From Candidatus Thorarchaeota archaeon (GTDB lineage Archaea; Asgardarchaeota; Heimdallarchaeia; Hodarchaeales; Hodarchaeaceae), in the NCBI GenBank assembly GCA_048882505.1, contig JBHLRO010000006.1:90001-122000 (forward strand): a DNA stretch of 32,000 nucleotides, in the 5' to 3' direction. Positions 26,653 to 32,000 of the stretch are shown one piece after another (within the stretch, counting starts at the first letter, position 1; every line of letters begins with the position of its first letter). The notes beneath the pieces were generated by a model. That model ran no database searches, was not told the origin of the DNA, and was given only the letters and a program-made list of their open reading frames with translations. The translations under genes and the position numbers were made by a program.

Positions 26653-28065
26653 ATGGAAGCATCTCCCGAAGCAATTATGAGAAAATTTGGTTTAGAGTTT
26701 ATTAAAGATAACGCAAAAGATCGAAAGATCGCTATACAGACCCTAGGAGTAACCTTCAAGAATGCAATTCAGACATTAGGCAAATCAAGTGTTATGGCCA
26801 AGGCTAGGGTGGAAGATAGAGAATACATAGTTGATCTTTTTGAAGAACTTCATAACGAAGCGAACCGTACAATTGAAACTCAATTGACCCGCCTCACTGT
26901 TAAAGCGTTTAACTGGATTAAAAACATTTTAGTATCCTCTGAGAAGTTAGCTATTGGTGAGGAACGTTCAAGCGAGGCCCTGGTGGATGAACTTCAAGAA
27001 AAGGTGGGAAACCTAGAACAACAATCGAAAATTCAGTCGGATGAATTATCGCGCATTCGAAACATTCACGAGGCGACTGTGGGTCAGGTAATAGAGAAGG
27101 ACAGCTTAATCCAACGGTTAGAACAGAAACTTACTTCTGTTAAAACGGATTTGCAGCAGCAATTGACCATCGAAAAAACCCGTGGGGAATCACTTTCCAA
27201 GCAGGTAGAAGCTATGGATCAGAAAATTAAAAGACAATCAGTTGAGTTATCTGAGAAGGATTTACAAAACCGCAAATTCCAGGACGAGGTGAATGAACTT
27301 AGCATGCAATTGGTGGTGCACAAAACTGAAATCAATAGACTTCAACAGTCGTTAGAACAGAAAAATAAGACGATTGATCAAATTAACATCTCCACAGATC
27401 GAACAGCCGCAGAAGCTATGGCAGCATGGGCGGATAGTTATCAAAAACAGGAGATCACCTTTCAAAATCAATTGGCCGCCGCCCGCCACGAATATGAGGG
27501 CACGATGCAACAAAAGCTAGAGGAAACAGCCAATCGATTCGAGGCGCAGATTGCCGCCCTGAAAAGACAGGTTCGTCTTGCAGAATCGCAAACCATAGAT
27601 CAAAGTGATGAGTATACAAGTAAAATCTCTGAACTATCTGCTAAACTCCGGCAGATTGAGGAAAGAAACAAAGAGCTGGACAATTCAATCACAGAATTAA
27701 TTGAGAAAAACGGTAGGCTGGAAAAGGACCTAGGGGAACAACGAACTCGCAATGATGAACTTCTAAGGGATATTGAAGCCACTAAGAATGCCGGTCCAGC
27801 CATTTCATTGACTGATATTCAGAAAACAAGCAGTAAATTGAAAAACATGAATGAATATATTGACCAGGTTCTCCAGCTCTCGAATTTTTCAATGATTACG
27901 ATTTTACTCCGCATGAACGGAAAAATGAGCCTCGATCACCTTGCTAAGTCAGTTGGTATGGATCCATTGGTACTGGAAAACCAACTGCAGCCATTACATC
28001 AGCGAAATTTGATTGATATTCAATCAGATGGACAGATCATCGCAAATATTCCCAAAAAGACCTAG
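26653..28065 (+). CDS. Long coiled-coil protein with C-terminal winged helix
   Basis: Helical N-domain of about 100 aa; heptad-rich Q/E/K/L region of about 290 aa; tail ILLRMNGKMSLDHLAKSVGMDPLVLENQLQPLHQRNLIDIQSDGQI is wHTH-like. Confidence 0.8.
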   Translation: MEASPEAIMRKFGLEFIKDNAKDRKIAIQTLGVTFKNAIQTLGKSSVMAKARVEDREYIVDLFEELHNEANRTIETQLTRLTVKAFNWIKNILVSSEKLAIGEERSSEALVDELQEKVGNLEQQSKIQSDELSRIRNIHEATVGQVIEKDSLIQRLEQKLTSVKTDLQQQLTIEKTRGESLSKQVEAMDQKIKRQSVELSEKDLQNRKFQDEVNELSMQLVVHKTEINRLQQSLEQKNKTIDQINISTDRTAAEAMAAWADSYQKQEITFQNQLAAARHEYEGTMQQKLEETANRFEAQIAALKRQVRLAESQTIDQSDEYTSKISELSAKLRQIEERNKELDNSITELIEKNGRLEKDLGEQRTRNDELLRDIEATKNAGPAISLTDIQKTSSKLKNMNEYIDQVLQLSNFSMITILLRMNGKMSLDHLAKSVGMDPLVLENQLQPLHQRNLIDIQSDGQIIANIPKKT

Positions 28066-28472
28066 GTCAACTCGATACGCTATTATGTGTCATCATAATG
28101 GTAAAAATATGATGTTCTTTATGTACGGTTTTTTAATTACAATCGGCAGAATTTACAATAAGCGCGGGTAGGAAAAGAAAAGATTCCTCAACACAGCCGA
28201 CTTATTCCCGTATCAATCACGAGTCAGGCCTGGTACGTATAGTAAACTATAAAAACTAATGATCAGAAGAGGAACACAAGAAATGCGAAGAGAATTCCAG
28301 GAATCTCTTTGTGTTCAATCGGTGTGACACGATGAAACAATTGATCCATTCCCCTCAATGGCGGAAGTATAATTGTCTCATTATAGAGATCACACTGCAC
28401 TCTTTTGCATAAATCGAACGATCTCACCTCTCCTGGAAGGTTTGAGATCAAGAAACGGAGGTTTCAATCGAA

Positions 28473-28592
28473 ATGTTTTGTGAAGTTTGTGGAACAGTCC
28501 TAAATCCAGATAAGGAATGTGTAAACTGCGAAAAAAAAAGAACAGAAGTGAAAGAACAATCCATGGTCGTAAATCCGACAGTACAAGGATGA
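28473..28592 (+). CDS. 39-aa Zn-ribbon sORF (TFS/RpoM N-terminus-like), below the ORF-track cutoff
   Basis: GGAGG at 28457-28461; MFCEVCGTVLNPDKECVNCEKKRTEVKEQSMVVNPTVQG*. Confidence 0.5.
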   Translation: MFCEVCGTVLNPDKECVNCEKKRTEVKEQSMVVNPTVQG

Positions 28593-28825
28593 TCTCGAGT
28601 GTGAGAATTGTGTTATGGGGTAAAAATCTGAAATCCTGTACTAATTTGAGGCAAAATCATATTGGGTTTATTCCACAATCCCAGAATATTACAGGTTTAA
28701 AACAAACAGTCAAAACCATCTTGTGAAAACTGGTTAGCTGGAATCTTTCCGTTTCCTTGAAGGGATCCTCCTCGATACCAGAAAAATAAACTTCAAATAA
28801 CATAACAATTGTTAACTTATATGAA

Positions 28826-29764
28826 GTGATAACGCTAGATAAATCAGATTACCCTTCCGCCAACATTAAAAATCACGGAATCTTGGCCCAAATTGGCAAT
28901 ACACCGTTAATTGAACTGACCCAGTTTTTTTCCTGGAAGAAACAGGTCAAAATCTTTGCCAAGGCTGAATGGTTAAATCCTGGCGGTTCTGTTAAGGATC
29001 GCGCAGCGCTTTTAATGGTAACCCAAGCTATTCAGGATGGAAATCTGACAAAAGGAAAAATCATTCTTGATGCTTCATCTGGCAATACGGGTATCGGATA
29101 TGCGCTGGTTGGGGCGGCGCTCGGGTACGAGGTTATGATTTGTATACCCAGGAATGCCTCGCCTGAACGATTGAGACTATTGAAAGTGTATGGAGCAAAA
29201 TTGGTCTTAACCGACCCACTTGAAGGGATTGATGAAGCAATAATGACCGCTAGGAAGATGAAAGCTGACAATCCCGATTTATATTACTATCCTGACCAGT
29301 ACAGCAATGATGCAAACTGGATGGCACATTATCACACCACGGGCAAAGAGATTTGGGAACAGACGCGGGGGCGGGTAACTCACTTCGTTGCAGGTTTGGG
29401 AACAACTGGAACTTTCACTGGAACCTCTCGGTTTCTGAAGTCAAGGGATCCAGGGATTCAAACCATTGCTCTCCAGCCTGATTCACCATTTCACGGTCTA
29501 GAGGGTTTAAAATACATGGAAACCTCCCTGATTCCTGCAATTTACGATTCTCGCCTTGTTGATGAAATGCTTTTCATCTCCTCCGAATTGAGTCAAGGTT
29601 TAACTCAAGAGTTGGCAAGGAAGGAAGGACTCGTGGTTGGACCTTCCTCTGGAGCGGCTTTGGCAGGGGTTCTTCAAATTGCAGAACGGATCGAGAAAGG
29701 TGTCATCGTAACGGTTTTTCCAGATAGAGGGGAGAGATACCTCTCCGATAGGTTTTGGGAGTGA
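28826..29764 (+). CDS. cysM: PLP-dependent cysteine synthase (CysM/CysK family, probably sulfur-carrier dependent)
   Basis: AEWLNPGGSVKDR (PLP Lys), ASSGNTG, GLGTTGT, GPSSGA, FPDRGERYLS; operon context with mec/cysO/moeZ. Confidence 0.9.
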   Translation: MITLDKSDYPSANIKNHGILAQIGNTPLIELTQFFSWKKQVKIFAKAEWLNPGGSVKDRAALLMVTQAIQDGNLTKGKIILDASSGNTGIGYALVGAALGYEVMICIPRNASPERLRLLKVYGAKLVLTDPLEGIDEAIMTARKMKADNPDLYYYPDQYSNDANWMAHYHTTGKEIWEQTRGRVTHFVAGLGTTGTFTGTSRFLKSRDPGIQTIALQPDSPFHGLEGLKYMETSLIPAIYDSRLVDEMLFISSELSQGLTQELARKEGLVVGPSSGAALAGVLQIAERIEKGVIVTVFPDRGERYLSDRFWE

Positions 29765-29769
29765 CTTAG

Positions 29770-30189
29770 TTGACGATTCACATCAAAAGATCTGAGTTGG
29801 AGAAGATTCAAAGCCACGCCCTCAGCGAGTTTCCATACGAATGCTGTGGAGTACTTATTGGTACATCCACTCCATCGCCTCGTGTTACAGAAGCTCGTAA
29901 AGTTCCGAATACTAATCGTACGTTAAAAACAAGGCGGTACAATATCGATCCATTAAGCTATAGAAAAATCGAAGAAGAAACCGAAGAAAGCGGAATTGAA
30001 ATACTGGGTGTTTATCACTCTCATCCAAACCACCCTGCTACGCCCTCTGAATTTGATTTAACTAATGCATTTCCGAATTTCTCTTACATCATCCAATCAA
30101 TAGACAATGGGAAGGTGGGAGCTATTACTTCGTGGAGATTAGATCCATCACGAGGGAACTTCTACCAAGAATCTGTTAAAATTACATGA
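29770..30189 (+). CDS. mec: JAB/JAMM (Mov34/MPN+) metalloprotease, Mec-like
   Basis: E(PYECCG)...YHSHPNHPATPSEFD matches the JAMM ExnHxHx7Sx2D motif. Confidence 0.9.
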   Translation: MTIHIKRSELEKIQSHALSEFPYECCGVLIGTSTPSPRVTEARKVPNTNRTLKTRRYNIDPLSYRKIEEETEESGIEILGVYHSHPNHPATPSEFDLTNAFPNFSYIIQSIDNGKVGAITSWRLDPSRGNFYQESVKIT

Positions 30190-30206
30190 GTTGAGATGAA
30201 AAAATT

Positions 30207-30488
30207 ATGGAAATTGTTATCTTAATACCTACACCCTTACGACCTTATACGGATGATCAAAAGGCGATAACTCTGACGGGAAATACCGTCGGAGATATTT
30301 TGGAGCAGCTCACCGTTCGTTTTCCGAGATTGGGTAAGCATTTGTACAATGAAGACGGAAACCTTCGTAGTTTTGTTAATGTATACCTAAACGATGAGGA
30401 CATTCGCTATTTGGACAATGAAAAGTCCATTGTCAAAAACGGAGACACAATCTCAATTATCCCTTCAATTGCAGGAGGATTCGCGTAA
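30207..30488 (+). CDS. cysO: Ubiquitin-like sulfur carrier (MoaD/ThiS/CysO family) with GG-FA C-terminal extension
   Basis: IPTPLRPYT, FVNVYLNDEDIRYL, IIPSIAGG-FA*. Confidence 0.88.
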   Translation: MEIVILIPTPLRPYTDDQKAITLTGNTVGDILEQLTVRFPRLGKHLYNEDGNLRSFVNVYLNDEDIRYLDNEKSIVKNGDTISIIPSIAGGFA

Positions 30489-31676
30489 GTGTATCTACCT
30501 ACGCTAGAGGAACAGAAGAGAGCGGCCCATACCGACCTTTCACAAGAAGAGATAATCAGATATAGCCGTCATTTGATCCTTCCAGAAGTTGGAGTGAAAG
30601 GTCAACAAAAGCTAAAGCAGGCACGAGTTCTCCTGGTAGGCGCAGGAGGTTTGGGTTCCCCTCTGGCTCTATATCTTGCAGCGGCGGGCGTTGGAACGAT
30701 TGGGATTGTTGACCATGATAAGGTTGATTTAACGAACTTACAGCGACAAGTGATTCATTCGACGGAAGATCTCGGTAAATCAAAACTAGAGTCCGCCCGT
30801 GCTCGAATTCTCGCGATTAATCCTGAAATAAAGGTAATAACACACGAAAAAGAACTTACCTCTGAAAACGCGCTTGATATCATAAAGAACTACGATATTG
30901 TAGCGGACGGAACAGATAATTTTCCCACGCGGTACTTGATCAACGATGCCTGCGTTCTACTTGGTAAACCAAATGTTTATGCTTCAATATTTCGTTTCGA
31001 AGGTCAGGCATCTGTTTTTTACGCTGAAAAAGGGCCATGTTACCGTTGTCTATATTCAGAACCACCACCTCCTGGACTGGTCCCTTCCTGTGCTGAAGGC
31101 GGGGTTCTTGGAATCTTACCTGGGATAGTTGGCACCATACAGGCAACCGAAGTAATAAAGCTCATCCTTGATCTTGGGAAACCCCTCGTGGGACGTCTTC
31201 TTTTGGTTGACGCCCTAGATATGAACTTCAGGGAATTAATACTACGAAAAAACCCCCAATGTGCGATCTGCGGATCGAATCCTACGATTCACGAGTTAAT
31301 AGATTATGAAGCGTTCTGTGGCGTCGGTACAGATCAGGTTCCGCTATTTGAAAAAGAAGATGAGATTACTCCCCCACAATTGGCATCGCTCCTGGGCAGT
31401 GGTGTTCCACTTCAATTAATCGATGTTCGGGAACCTCACGAACGCAAGATCAGCCAGATTTCCAATTCCCACCTTATGCCTCTTAACAAGGTAACAGAGA
31501 TGGCTAAGGCTCTGGACAGAGACCAATTAACCGTAGTCTATTGCAGATCGGGTGCACGTTCCGCAAAAGCAGTTAACCAACTCAAACGGGAACTCGGATT
31601 CTCTAAAATCCTGAATCTGGTGGGGGGGGTAAATGCATGGGCATCTGAGGTTGACCCCAGTATTCCCACATACTAG
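30489..31676 (+). CDS. moeZ: E1-like adenylyltransferase-rhodanese fusion (MoeB/MoeZ)
   Basis: RYSRHLILPEVG, GAGGLG, SNL-like TNLQRQ, CYRC and CAIC Zn pairs, PSCAEGGVLG; C-terminal rhodanese VVYCRSGARS. Confidence 0.93.
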   Translation: MYLPTLEEQKRAAHTDLSQEEIIRYSRHLILPEVGVKGQQKLKQARVLLVGAGGLGSPLALYLAAAGVGTIGIVDHDKVDLTNLQRQVIHSTEDLGKSKLESARARILAINPEIKVITHEKELTSENALDIIKNYDIVADGTDNFPTRYLINDACVLLGKPNVYASIFRFEGQASVFYAEKGPCYRCLYSEPPPPGLVPSCAEGGVLGILPGIVGTIQATEVIKLILDLGKPLVGRLLLVDALDMNFRELILRKNPQCAICGSNPTIHELIDYEAFCGVGTDQVPLFEKEDEITPPQLASLLGSGVPLQLIDVREPHERKISQISNSHLMPLNKVTEMAKALDRDQLTVVYCRSGARSAKAVNQLKRELGFSKILNLVGGVNAWASEVDPSIPTY

Positions 31677-32000
31677 ATAACTTCTTGTTCTAGTCCAAGG
31701 ATGGGGGAGAGAAAGCCGTTTTTTTGAGCTAGGGAGGATTTCTACTTCCAAAAGCACCGAAATACCCCTTATTTATTTTGGCCCGACAATAAATACCATA
31801 ATAACTCATTTAAGAGATCCTACAAGCAAAAAACGTTAGGAATAGGTCAGTATATGAGATTTTGAAGGCTGTCATGAGTTTTTAATAGGCGAATAAGGCC
31901 ATAATTCCGCGACTGAATTTAGTTTACTCCACCCTACAAGTATTATGTGGACAAAGCTCTGTGCTAGGCTTACTCTTATGAGATCAGAGTAACTAACTAG

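Noticed and set aside
28263-28726. ORFs 28263-28451 (-) and 28517-28726 (+)
   Set aside because: No motifs or RBS; the latter overlaps the better-supported Zn-ribbon sORF in another frame.
1-32000. Genome-wide UGA reassignment, CRISPR array, tRNA/rRNA or transposase
   Set aside because: TGA terminates several well-defined genes at expected positions; no regularly spaced repeats, cloverleafs, rRNA-like segments or DDE/HUH/tyrosine-recombinase motifs were seen.
31677-32000. Short hairpins in the terminal non-coding region (TATTTATT-N10-AATAAATA; TTACTCT-N9-AGAGTAA)
   Set aside because: AT-rich weak stems at the window edge; no function can be supported.

Overview
Archaeal chromosomal window, most likely Asgard (Heimdallarchaeia/Hodarchaeales-like). 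This is inferred from protein families (7TM-longin-like membrane protein, Arf-like small GTPase, beta-helix surface protein, many Zn-ribbon sORFs) and GGAGG/AGGTGA ribosome-binding sites; no marker gene is present. Layout: (1) 1-6838, a tandem array of at least five M19 membrane-dipeptidase paralogues plus an MFS transporter; (2) 6793-8886, a 2034-bp integrase-less cassette carrying a beta-helix surface protein, bounded by a 60-bp direct repeat with a 28-bp 11-6-11 inverted-repeat core and apparently inserted between the MFS and DJ-1/PfpI genes; (3) 9.5-14 kb, an accessory/decaying region with small ORFs, a methyltransferase with an in-frame TGA, and a duplicated promoter; (4) 14.3-19.2 kb, three receptor-like membrane proteins divergent from a TrmB-like regulator coupled to an Arf-like GTPase; (5) 19.2-28.6 kb, mixed genes (DUF5655, amidohydrolase, Zn fingers, LURP/scramblase-like, orphan DNA MTase, SDR, long coiled-coil/winged-helix protein); (6) 28.8-31.7 kb, a cysM-mec-cysO-moeZ ubiquitin-like sulfur-carrier operon. 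No rRNA, tRNA, CRISPR array, transposase or integrase was recognised. All family calls come from motif reading, not database searches.
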